A DNA stretch of 63,612 nucleotides, filler included, from Octopus bimaculoides (GCF_001194135.2; 7 parts of 7 records of this genome joined end to end with filler, not necessarily neighbours in it), one strand, 5' to 3'; shown: positions 27,272 through 39,406, counted from the first letter of the whole stretch. A program made the numbers and translations. Notes: generated from the sequence alone by a model not told the origin.

Positions 27272-30200
27272 CGTAGTGACTTCATTTAGTCATAGAGTAG
27301 ACTCAAACCTGAATCAGAAAATTTCCCCTGACATTTCAACATTTTTCTCACAGAAAAACAATAGTTGATCAGAGTTACATTCAACACATGGCATTGCCAG
27401 GCCAATTTATGTTTCTTCCACTTCTTCTATGCCATGAAAAGTTAAAATAGATAAGGAGCAACTTACATTAATTTATCCATTACTTAAATGATGTATCTTT
27501 TTTACTGGCTGGTTTGTGTTCTTATAAATACAAGTTTGCTGAGAGCAGACACCAGAGACAGCCACAAGCAGACAGCCACTGGAGGTTGATGGCCAAACAA
27601 TCAGCCACTATGATACAACTTACCTCTGCACTCTCTCACTTTCACTAACTCATCTTTCTTCTCTCAGAAACATCACTCTATCTACCTTTTTCCTACTGCT
27701 AGAATGACAAGAACACGTACACACCTATACTAGGAAAAATTAACTCTCAATATTATTCACACTCACCATCGTGTGTGGCTATATATAAGGTAACAGTAAA
27801 TAAAATTTGGAGTCAACATCAATTTCAATCAGTGTTCTTCTTTCTCTTCTTCAACATCATCAACATCACACCCATTACATTTTGGTAACAACAACATTAC
27901 ACTTAGCTTCTTGATGTAAAGAATCATTAGTCATAAAAAGATACATTTACATCAACTGTTATAATTGGTAACCGCTGACTCTAACATTTATCATTACCAA
28001 TGGTGACCCTGACTATAAAGAACCACTGCCTTCTGATGCTACATTAGCCACTACATTTTGCTGACCCTGACACTAAAAAGAATTACTGCCTTTCTCATAC
28101 TACATGTTACATTACATTGTCACATACATTTGGTGACCTGAGCTAAAAGAACTACCATCTTTGTATCAACAGTCGCTATACCAGAGGAAAAGAATGACAA
28201 CCTACATCAGCACCAATATGCACCCTTAATGTGGAGTCTCAATCTATGTGCCATCCACTGACAAGCAGATTCTGCTGTCAAATTCTACCTGGCTACTACT
28301 CAAGTGCCACAAATGCACTCCACTTCCATCAAGTCACAACTCTCGTTCGACTTGTTACAGAACATGCTACAGAAAGCGCTGTACTGCAATGCACACTGTG
28401 ATGCACTTCCCTACAATGCAACCCTGCCAATGTACAAAAAATTTGCTGACCATGGAAGCCCATAAATGCAGTATTTCAACAGTCATTTGCCCAGAAACTA
28501 ACTGGATGAAAATACCGAAGCCTGCTCATGCAACCTTTTTGGCACACACACACACTTTTCATCTCGTCCTGACGTACAGACACTGCATTCTCCACAAAAT
28601 TTTTTGAATATATAACTCTCATATAGGCTCTCAACAAATCTTTTTCTTTGCATTCATATATATTTTTTCTCATTTTCCAGTAATAGACTTTAAAGAATGG
28701 ACACTATTTCCAGTTAAGTTTATTACTTTTGTTTACTCATTTCTGTACTGTTCATTCTTTTTGCTGCACCACACAACATTCATGCATATGCTGACACTGT
28801 CACATTCATGCACCACATCATGCCTTTCTCGTTTGTTTCTCATCCTCTCTGCATCTTTGTAGACACAACTTACCTGTATTGGACCTTTGGCTGGTCACGT
28901 ATTTAATGGAAGGAGTTGTTTGTCACTTACAATGTGCCAGCATGCCTCACTTTCACTCTTGCTCATTTCAAGGCATTTAATACCTCAGTAACTGGCATAT
29001 TCAGCATTGTATTTGTAATCACTGCACTAGCATACTGTCTCAGCCTTGCACCTCAACTACCTTGTTTTCATCATGTCTGTGCCTGCTCAGTTCTTTTCCT
29101 AACTCAATCTACGTCGGATGTTCACATGCTCTCTGCACCCTTGTTAGACATAACTTCCCTCTGTTTGGTCGCGTAATAAATAGAGAAAGTTACCTGTCTC
29201 GCACAACTAACCAGCGTGCCGCACTGTCGTTCTCACTAACCTCAGCAATTACCCACACCAACAGCGCCAGACACATTTTGCTTCTGAAAAAACCTTCAAG
29301 ACATTTCACACAATGCAATCCTGCAGGAAAATCTGCGATACCAAGGATTGAGAATACACTCTCTCATTCCCCTGAGCTTATTTTACAGTAAATTTTGATA
29401 AGTGCCCTTGCACTTGTGTATATGCCCTTATGTACATGCATGCACTAACTCATTCCTGCACTTCCCAGTCACTGACTGCACATTTTTGCATGCAAAACGA
29501 CACTGCTATTTGGACCTATCCAAATAGAAAATTGTTCCATATACATTTCAATGATCCTCTCTCTGGAAATGCAAAATTTTTCCTCAGCCATGCATTTCTT
29601 TCTCTTTCTAGATTGTTCATTTCTTTTTCTTAGAAACTCTGTGGAGGGAAAGTAATGTAGTAACTTCATTTAAGCATAGAATAGATTTGAACCTGAATTG
29701 ACAAATTTCCCCTGACATTTCAACAGCATTTTTCTCACAGAAAAACAATAGTTGACAGGAGTTAAATTCAGCACATGGCTTTACCAGATCAATTCATGTC
29801 TCTTCCACTTAAACTTTTAACCTCTTCTATGCTATGAAAAGTTAAAATAGATAAGGAACAACTTACATTAACTTATCCATTGTTTAAACGATATATCTCT
29901 TTTGCTGGCTGTCTATATTCTTATAAATATGAGTTGCTGAGAGCAGACACCAGAGAGACAACCACTGCTGGAGGCTGATGGCCAAGCAATCGGACGCTAT
30001 GATACAACTTACCTCTGCTCTCTCTCACTTTCACTTCTAACAAACATCACTCTATCTACCTTTTCCCTACTACTAGAATGACAAGAACATGTACACACCT
30101 ATACTAGGAAATAATTAACTCTCAGTTATATTATACAAGCCGTCGTGTGTGGCTATACATAAAGTAAATAAAATTTGGAGTCAACATCAATTTCAATCAG

Positions 30201-30366
30201 TGTTCTTCTTTCTCTTCTTCAACATCATCAACATCACACCCATTACATTTTGGTAACAACTACATTAAACTTGGCTTTTTGATGTAAAGATTCATTAATT
30301 GTAAAAAGATACATTTACATCAACTCTTACAATTGGTAACTGCTGACTCTAACATCTATTATTACA
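27272..30366 (+). mobile_element. Structurally complete LTR retroelement with no intact ORF (Gypsy, tRNA-Trp PBS)
   Basis: Direct repeats at 27272-~27998 and 29656-30366. PBS tggtgaccctgac at 28001-28013. Polypurine tract ggagggaaagtaa at 29643-29655. 4-bp TSD tgtt at 27268-27271 and 30367-30370. Confidence 0.88.
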
Positions 30367-31072
30367 TGTTGTCCCTGCCTAGTAAAAAAACAAAAAGCAA
30401 TTGTGTAACTAAGCATAATTTATTTCCTTATATCTAAATTATTTTTTAAAAGGTACTTGTAGATAGACAGCTGTATCAGGAAAGATTGTGTGTTAGGCTG
30501 GCAACAATAGTTTTAACTCATTAATTTGGAGTAATATGAGCAGAAAAATGATTTGAAAGATGTCTAAAATAAATGCTTTAAGGAGAAACTAAGAATATGT
30601 GTTCCACTCACCAACAGAAAAATAGCCTTAATTATTGAATTATTTTCTTGTGAAAAAATAATTAAGAACAAGGGAATTTTTTTGTATTTGTGACTCTGCT
30701 GGATTACTGATACTAATTTTGTTGACCCTAGAGGAGATGAAAGATAAGTCAATATTGACAAGATTTGAGCCTTGAATTTAGATGACTGACCACACATGGT
30801 ATGGCATTTATTCCAGGTGTGTAATGTTTCTGCTAACCTTTTGATTTTCTTTCCAATTAACCCATTTGTGAAATACACTGTCCATGTAAATAAATTGATT
30901 CAGAAAATAATTAAGAATTTGAAAGGATTTAGTAAAACAACTCACATTTTCATTATTTATCCAGTCTTTGCAATATTATTTAACAAATGATCTTACATTA
31001 ACTTATGATGAATGATTTAGAACTAAAGACAGTCTTAAGCAAGTTGGTATCTCAATGGTTAATGTAATTATT

Positions 31073-32000
31073 TTATCTGGAGATCACCACTTGGTACTCA
31101 AAACAGATTCTTGGCAGTAGACCAAGAAGGAGAAAGTTAGATAATAGCCATAGTCTCAGCTCATCACACATAGGAATCCTGCTGGAAAGTGTAATGATGG
31201 TTACTCTTGTTAGGACATTATGGAGGAGGTGCCCAATAACTTTGTCCTCCATGACCCTCTCTAGAATAGTGGATGGAGATGGATGAATTTTTAAAAATTG
31301 TATTATCAACAATACATAACTAAAACAATATTTTAGATGAAAATAAATACAAAATACAGAAATAGAAGTAAACACAAAGTTATACACACTCATAGATAGA
31401 ATAATTGTTTTTATGTCAATCAGGGAGGAGGGGCAATGTGGTTGAAACAACTGATGATGCTCAGCTTTGGTTAAAATTATCCAGAAAAGTGTTGGCATAA
31501 ATGAATTTTCAGAGGGTTACAACTCAGGGAAGGAAGAAATGGATGATGTATTTAGTGTGGAATCTGGAAAGTGAAATATGAGGAGAAAGTGAAATATAAG
31601 GAGGAAGAGAGATAGGTGGGTTGGATAGGATTGAGTGAGGAGAGTATGGGATGTACTAATTCATAAGAGCAGGCTGTTGTAGTAATAAGAGAGAGAGAAG
31701 AAATCACATAGTTGTATGTTAGGTATTGTAGAATATTGGTGAGTTAATCATTGTCGGTCAGTAAAAGGACCTTCTATGGATTTGGCCCAGAATGTCTGTA
31801 TGGAGAGCAACAATATCATTCCATTCCATAGATGTGAGTAGTGTTTCAAAATGGATATCACTTGAACTTTGTAGCAGGTCAGCAACTGATCAAGGCAAAA
31901 TTATTTTCTTATTTTAGAGGAATCCTAGTTTTGTGATACAGTTTTGGTAATGTTATACAAATGAGATTGCCTTGAGAGAGCATTAGAAATTGTGAAGCCT
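31073..32000 (-). mobile_element. Decayed LINE ORF2 remnant
   Basis: Minus ORF contains STILERVMEDKVIGHLLHNVL, resembling the RT motif K.LERII...I..HL..NN.L; flanking frames are broken. Confidence 0.45.
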
Positions 32001-32424
32001 GACATTTGTGACAACCTTAACAGTTTTAATTGTCTGTTGTTCATAACTATAAGATTCACACACACACAATAAAAAGTTATATTTCTGAGTATAAACTACC
32101 AATTATAGATTTGTAATTCATTGATAACTGATAAATAAATAAAACAGAAATAGTTTAAACATTTTATTTAGAGAAAATATTGTGATAAGCTTATTAATAT
32201 ATACATTAGCATATGTTCATATGTAAGCACACATGTACACATACATAATATGGATCTCTAACTTTAGCAGAACATCACAAATTTGTAGAGAAGAGATATA
32301 ATAAATTGAATCATTCCTGTACAAGAATTAGACTCAAATTTCAAAATAATGCAACTAAATGTCATAAGGTTCTTTTGTTCTACCTATTCTGCCACAAACC
32401 ATTTTTCATGCCAATATTGGTAGA

Positions 32425-32640
32425 TTGGGAAGCAGCAAGCTGGCAGAATTGTTACCATGCCTGGCAAAATGCTTACCAGCATTTTGCTAGTCTTTATGTT
32501 CTGAGTTCAAGTTCCCCTGAGGTTAACTTTGCCTTTCATCTTTTTGGAGATGATAAAATGAGTACTAGTTGAGCACTGGGCTTGATGTAATAGAGTTACA
32601 ACCTCCCTCGAAAGTGTCAAAATCTGAAACTAATATTGGT
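32425..32640 (+). mobile_element. SINE family B, CpG-decayed
   Basis: Collinear with 54850-55050, with CpG positions changed to TG/CA. Confidence 0.75.
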
Positions 32641-32983
32641 AGAATTAGTAAAAAGTTAATAAAATATCATGTATTTTGTCTTCAGAATCTGAATCTCACC
32701 AAAGACGGTTTATGGTGGAGGGTGTATTATTCAAGTACTGATGTTGACAAAAACCCATTCCCCAAATTTGATACCTTGTGCCTGTGTCAGAAGTCAACAT
32801 TATATATTTTTTTAAAATTATAAATCAGGAAATAAATTTTAATAAATGAGATGAATAGTAGAATTTATATATTATATGAGGGGAAAAAAAGAACAACAAA
32901 AACCAAGGCTGGACGAGTATCTCAAGTCATATAGAATAATTAATTAAGGTAAATTTGAAGTCTTACAGCTGTTTCTGGGATAT

Positions 32984-33571
32984 AGGGTATTTGGTGGTCC
33001 TGACATTCGTAAACTAATGAAAGACCCAGATTATGAGAAATCTATGAATGAATCTCAAATACAGGTATAGGTATCAAATACAGATATAACTTCACGTGTG
33101 TTGTCAAGAACTTTTTGGGAAACAATAAGTGTTCAAATTACAAAGTCATAGTTAATAACATGTTGCAAAAACTTCAAAAAGCTTGGGTGCAACATGAGTG
33201 TTAAAATATACTTTCTTTAATCACTCCTCAACTGTTTCCCAGAAAACCTTGGCAACCTAAGTAAAGAGCATGGTGAGAAATTTCACCAGGATATTAAAGG
33301 AATGGAGTGGAGATATCAGGGAAGGTGGAATGTAAACATGGTGGCAGATTACTGCTGGACACTAAAGAGAGAGACTGCAGGCGACTACCAAAAGCTGGAA
33401 GGAAATCAAAGAAAAGGAAGTTTGAAAGGGAATAAAATTACTTTAAAGCCATGGTAAGTACATTAAAAAAATATATATATTAAGTCAATATGCAAGCTTA
33501 CATTCATATGGTTCAGAATCACCTATAAGTGGACAATCATCATTTACTTCTTTTTAAAATGCAGGCTAGTG
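32984..33571 (+). mobile_element. DNA transposon 3' fragment, CMC/Chapaev-3-like transposase C-terminus
   Basis: Frameshifted VFGGPDIRKLMKD, VVKNFLGNNK, LGCNMSVK and FPENLG..S.EHGEKFHQDIK.ME.RYQGRWNVNM.ADYCWTLKRE. Ends ...AGTG followed by TAA. Superfamily assignment is from recall. Confidence 0.65.
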
Positions 33572-34753
33572 TAATAGATAAAAAGGACTGACAAATCCAC
33601 CAAATAAACAGGATTGATAAAATCAGATTTAAAAATAGACACAAGACCAGTATCCTAATACACTAACACACATATAAATATTACCCAAACATCATTTTAT
33701 AAATTGTTGAAGATTAAATGCAAACAATTTGAAGAGATGCTCATAAGAGCTAGCATATTGTTGAGTATTATTTGATACAAAATACCTACACAGATACAAC
33801 AGAGCAACTATTTATGAGATAATATGAATTACCAAAAGCCATTTCAAACAATCAGTTAGAATACGTCCTTATTATAGGGTCTCAAAAACAATGTTACGTC
33901 AACCCCAGAGATATGGGAATGTAATCAGATAAAAAATACGTTATCAAAGAGAATAACTTGCATTCTCATTGAGAAAATGCTATTACCACAGAAACCTAAA
34001 AAATTATCAAAAATACTATTTGGAAATAATCTGTAATAATTTTCCTAACAAGTTCTATTTCCCATTCCTGTTCAAACAGGAATTTAACATGCGTATGAAG
34101 ACTGATGTCCTGTTAAATAAACTGAACATTTTCATTTTTTTAAAGTGTATTATATCCAGTCAACACCGCATCTTTGATGAACACCGTATAGTTTGGAGCA
34201 ATCATAGATAGTTAGGAACAGATTTTTTACGGCGTATGTATTTGGGTGAGTTAATTACACAATGTTTCTCCACATTATTCGAACGAAAGTTGTAATATAT
34301 TTTAAAAATCATATCATAAAATATACCTCTATTGAAACTTGATACCTAAAATAAGTCTAAATATATCTGTAGACACGTTTGTTTGTACGACAAACACGTA
34401 TACAATGTTGCTTTTTTTTTAATTATCATCCTGTTTACTTTTTATTTTATGTTCTTACTTGTAATTTTTACACTTGTAATTTAGTTGTTTACTGTTATAA
34501 TTTGCAATCTTTTATTTACCCATTACTTTGTTTATGTTAATGATTTATCTCCCACTTTATTGACAGCAGTTACGATTCTATTTCGATTGGAACTTCAACA
34601 AGATAGTTGACCAACTTTTGTCAGTAGGTTTGTTATTAAATGATAAATACTCTTGATATTACTGAATATAATGATATAGCAATCCCTGAGTCGACTAGCC
34701 CAAGCTTGTATATATAATATAGGTAATCTTCAAGTTTAGGGGGATAAAAAAAT

Positions 34754-34935
34754 AAATAAAAATATTCAAGGGAAATAACTGAACGACTTACCAGTATTAT
34801 CCGTTTTCTTCTCGCTGTTTATAAATAAATCACACCCTAACGTCAATCAAATCACGTGTGTGATTTATTTATAAACAAAGATGTACGGAGAATACTGGTA
34901 AGATGTCCAGTTACTTCCCTTGAATATTTTTATTT
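34754..34935. promoter_or_regulatory. Palindromic putative bidirectional promoter with mirror first exons
   Basis: Arms at 34754-34835 and 34858-34935, each containing TTTATAAA and AATACTG|GTAAG. The loop carries an E-box (TCACGTG) and a CRE half-site. Local CpG retention between CpG-poor flanks. Confidence 0.6.
34850..34897 (+). other. ANKRD27: Probable non-coding first exon of ANKRD27
   Basis: Donor ctg|GTAAGA at 34898. The ATG exon has an acceptor at 41545/41546, so an upstream exon is required. The TSS position is inferred. Confidence 0.5.
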
Positions 34936-36229
34936 NNNNNNNNNNNNNNNNNNNNNNNNNNNNNNNNNNNNNNNNNNNNNNNNNNNNNNNNNNNNNNNNN
35001 NNNNNNNNNNNNNNNNNNNNNNNNNNNNNNNNNNNNNNNNNNNNNNNNNNNNNNNNNNNNNNNNNNNNNNNNNNNNNNNNNNNNNNNNNNNNNNNNNNNN
35101 NNNNNNNNNNNNNNNNNNNNNNNNNNNNNNNNNNNNNNNNNNNNNNNNNNNNNNNNNNNNNNNNNNNNNNNNNNNNNNNNNNNNNNNNNNNNNNNNNNNN
35201 NNNNNNNNNNNNNNNNNNNNNNNNNNNNNNNNNNNNNNNNNNNNNNNNNNNNNNNGGGGGGGGGAAATAACTTATGATAGCAGTTTGAATAATTTTACGC
35301 AATTCTATCAGAGAAACCAATAAAAATTGACTTAAAATGACTAGCTAATGTTAAAATGATACTAATTAGCTCTGTATGTTTTATATTCGCAATTGCTACG
35401 TAATTAGTGTAAGAAAATGTGTAGGACAGTCGCTCATGTATGTTCGCCAATGTTTTGTTATAGTAACTTGAGTTTTTTGGCCTTCTTCCAAATGAAACAA
35501 AGGTCCATCTGTGCATCGTGAACTAACTTGCTAAGAGCACTATTATTGTACACACTTTTCTTTTACATAATTTATAAGCTATATATATATATATTCTTAT
35601 CATCTACTTTATTATTAATTTCTGATTTTTGTTTTTAAACCATTGTATCTTAATCCTGTTCAGTGTTCATGGCAGACAATTGCACCTAGTTTTATATATG
35701 TATAGGTTCTGAGCATCATTTTAATTACTATTTCAGTACTGAGTAGTTAATGACTGAAACTATATTAAAATCCAGTTTGGTAATTATTTCCTGGTCTTCT
35801 CACAAAACCTTTCTTTCTATTTACATCCCCCCCCTCCATTTTTAGTTAGAGAAGGAGAGGGAATATCTCTGACGCTTACATGTCCTCTCAGATTAGACTT
35901 CTGTAGATTGTATGAAAAATATTGACAGAAAGAGAATTACAGAGGACTGTAGTTCTGGAGAGAACTAATTAAACAAAGTGTTTAGTACAAGGTTTGAAAT
36001 GCAAGACACAATGACGATAATGAGAGAAGCATTGATTGGGTAGCTTCGATGGAGGTAATAGACTTATTTGAGAAGCAGAAGCTATTGTAGTAGCAGTTGA
36101 AGATGCAAAGAGAAAACAGTGCTGCAGCTGTTGGTGAGTCTTTGCTTATCAAATGAATTGTATATTTTATTTGTATATTATTTCAAAACTTATTAAAAGA
36201 TAAATAGCATAGAAAAATGTTTTAATAAA

Positions 36230-36620
36230 ATAATGGTTTCAAATTTTTGCACAAGGCCAGCAATTTTGTGGGGTGGGGGAGGTGTTGATTACATTGTTCA
36301 CAGTGCTCAGCTGGTATTTATTTTATCAAAGCAACATCAATCTCATTGGAATTTGAACTTGGAACATAAAGAACCAAAACAAATTCTACTAAGCATTTTA
36401 TTTCACATGTTAACAAAATCATAATGATGATAATGGTTTCAAAATTTGGCACCAGGCCAGCAATTTAGGGGAGGGGTATATTGATTGTATTGACCTTAAT
36501 GTTCAACTAGTGCTTATTCTATTAACCTCAGTGGAATTTGAACTCAGCATGTAAAGATGAATGGAACGCCTCTAAGCATTCTGCCTGGCATGCAAACAAT
36601 TCTGCCAGCTTGCCACCCTA
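36230..36620 (-). mobile_element. Two tandem family B SINEs, CpG-decayed
   Basis: Two copies of ttc.aaat...gcac.aggccagcaattt...ggaatttgaact...ctaagcatt... Confidence 0.65.
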
Positions 36621-38289
36621 ATAATAATAATAATGATGTCTGTTTATTTGGCTAATAAATAGATACAGTCTAATATATTTTGTGTGTAGCAGCAGCACCA
36701 TTCCAGATTATGAGTTAGACTCCCTGATACTGTTGAATGTTGTAGAGCATTTCCTTTAACCTAAAAGAATTACAAGCTTTAGATATACTGTTTTAGACAT
36801 GTATGGGTCAAAATGAGATTTGTAGTAACTTTGAGTTTTAGTTGTTATTCATTTGTACTGGGTTGGAATAGTGCATGACTGTTTCCTTGTTATTGAAGGC
36901 AACTAGATTGTCACATCTCTATTAGAGGATGTTTTAACTAAAAAGAAACAATTTTCACATAAGGCTTGTTAACATAACTAGTTAACTCCCTTTATTCTCG
37001 AGGTGGGTTGGGGTGTGGGGGTTGTTCTACCTTGTAAAATACAAGACATTTTTTTACGTTTTAAGTTCATTTAGACAAAAAAAAAAACGAATTAAATTTT
37101 CTCTAAAGTTAACATGCAATGAATGAAACTTTATTTGGTGTTAGGTTGAAGTTACTATAAAATCAACATTCACATAGTTTTCTATAAGAACTGAAAAACT
37201 ATACAACTGCAACAAAAATATCTTGATCTGTAAAAGGTAAACTTTTTACTGCATGGAAAAATCCATCTGTTAAATGTGATAAGGAATTTTTTGCTTAATA
37301 TATTTGATATTTTCTGTTATAAAATTATCTGAAAGAAAATTTTAAAACCTTAAACAGTAGTATTGCGAAAATAATATGAAAAGGCAAATAGTTAGAACTA
37401 AAGAGTGTGAGAAAATAATAAATACCAGGGAAAAAGCAATAAGTAAAATATTTTAAATCATAAAAAATGAAAAACACATTTTTCTTTCTTTATGTTGATA
37501 CATCAGTATTTAAATTTCAAACACATTTGACATACTTTCTTGATTTATTAAAACTGTCTCTGCTTTTAGAGCAGTGGTACTCAACAAGGATCCATATAAC
37601 CCTTGGGGGTCCGTATAAAATTTTGTTAAAATTTGTCTAATAAATTGGTTATACTTCTACAATACGCTCCTAGTAATATTTAATTCTATCATGCCTTTAA
37701 GGAAAAGGAGAGGTTTATTGTCTGGAGATAAGAGAACAGTTGTGACACATATTTCTACCTCAACAGACATCCTCGGCATGGCATTTGTCCTAACCTATCT
37801 CCAACAGTCAAGGGACATAGACATATACAAAAAAGATCAGAACACTTTTATGGCCTAGATAGTTTGCATAAATTAAACATTAAAAAAATGTCAAGAAAAA
37901 TAACACACATTGGCCAGTATATATATATGAACAACAGATAAATACAAGTATGTTAAACGCCATACTGTGTAAATTTTTCACTTACTAAAACTGTCTCTGC
38001 CTGTTCTGTAGCCGCTGGAGATAGATTGGGACAATTGTCATGTTGATGGTGTCTTCTTATCTCCAGACAGTAAGCCTGTTCTTTTCCTTAATAGGATGTT
38101 AACTTTGGAGAATTCTTGATTCTTTAGATTATCTCCCCATTTTGTATGGTGCTGTTCTCAATTGCTGTTTATATATTCTGACATATCCTCATAAGCCATT
38201 GAATCTTTTCCAATTTAAACAAAGCTATAGTGATAAACACAATTTTTCATTGTGTTGATCAACTTTTATTACAAAGAACAAAGTTTCAG

Positions 38290-39406
38290 ATGTCAGCTGC
38301 TACCCAGTGCAAGCTATGGACACATAAGAGGTGCAGCAACATCAAAGGCAGGTTAACTAGCAAGTTAGTTTTTGTTTGTGGCAGATGTTCAGGTGCAATA
38401 AAGACTGTAAACAAACAGGAAACAACTTCTATCTCATTCCAGGGTGAAAAACTAGAGGTAGTCGACAGCTTCCGCTATCTGGGCGACCAAGTTAGTAGTG
38501 GGGGTGGGTGCGCTGAAAGTGTAGCTGCTAGAATAAGAATAGCCTGGGCAAAGTTTAGAGAGCTCTTACCCCTGCTGGCGACAAAGGGACTCTCACTCAG
38601 AGTAAAAGGCAGACTGTATGACGCATGCGNNNNNNNNNNNNNNNNNNNNNNNNNNNNNNNNNNNNNNNNNNNNNNNNNNNNNNNNNNNNNNNNNNNNNNN
38701 NNNNNNNNNNNNNNNNNNNNNNNNNNNNNNNNNNNNNNNNNNNNNNNNNNNNNNNNNNNNNNNNNNNNNNNNNNNNNNNNNNNNNNNNNNNNNNNNNNNN
38801 NNNNNNNNNNNNNNNNNNNNNNNNNNNNNNNNNNNNNNNNNNNNNNNNNNNNNNNNNNNNNNNNNNNNNNNNNNNNNNNNNNNNNNNNNNNNNNNNNNNN
38901 NNNNNNNNNNNNNNNNNNNNNNNNNNNNNNNNNNNNNNNNNNNNNNNNNNNNNNNNNNNNNNNNNNNNNNNNNNNNNNNNNNNNNNNNNNNNNNNNNNNN
39001 NNNNNNNNNNNNNNNNNNNNNNNNNNNNNNNNNNNNNNNNNNNNNNNNNNNNNNNNNNNNNNNNNNNNNNNNNNNNNNNNNNNNNNNNNNNNNNNNNNNN
39101 NNNNNNNNNNNNNNNNNNNNNNNNNNNNNNNNNNNNNNNNNNNNNNNNNNNNNNNNNNNNNNNNNNNNNNNGACACATAAAAGACACCATTTCGAGCGTG
39201 GCCGTTTTCGTGCGGGTGACACGTAAAAGCACCCACTACACTCTCTGAGTGGTTGGCGTTAGGAAGGGCATCCAGCTGTAGAAACTCTGCCAAATTAGAT
39301 TGGAGCCTGGTGTTGCCATCCGGTTTCACCAGTCCTCAGTCAAATCGTCCAACCCATGCTAGCATGGAAAGCGGACGTTAAACGATGATGATGATGATGA
39401 TGATGA
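38290..39406 (+). mobile_element. 5'-truncated RTE-clade LINE (RT C-terminus, gap, 3' UTR, (GAT)n)
   Basis: GEKLEVVDSFRYLGDQVSSGGGC...ARIRIAWAKFRELLPLL...VKGRLYDAC. CpGs are retained despite the CpG-poor host intron, suggesting a young insertion. Confidence 0.9.

Larger units (their letters stand above)
24751..34840 (-). other. Candidate unidentified spliced transcript divergent from ANKRD27
   Basis: GT-AG exon candidates at about 34840-34792, 34109-33987, 32781-32700, 30727-30612 and 24933-24751, all inside a CpG-depleted domain. No single stop-free ORF and no protein family recognised. Confidence 0.3.

Noticed and set aside
33987-34065. Idea that the minus-strand unit is an inverted ANKRD27 duplicate
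   Set aside because: Beyond the promoter palindrome there are only short out-of-register nucleotide matches and no ANKRD27-like peptide.
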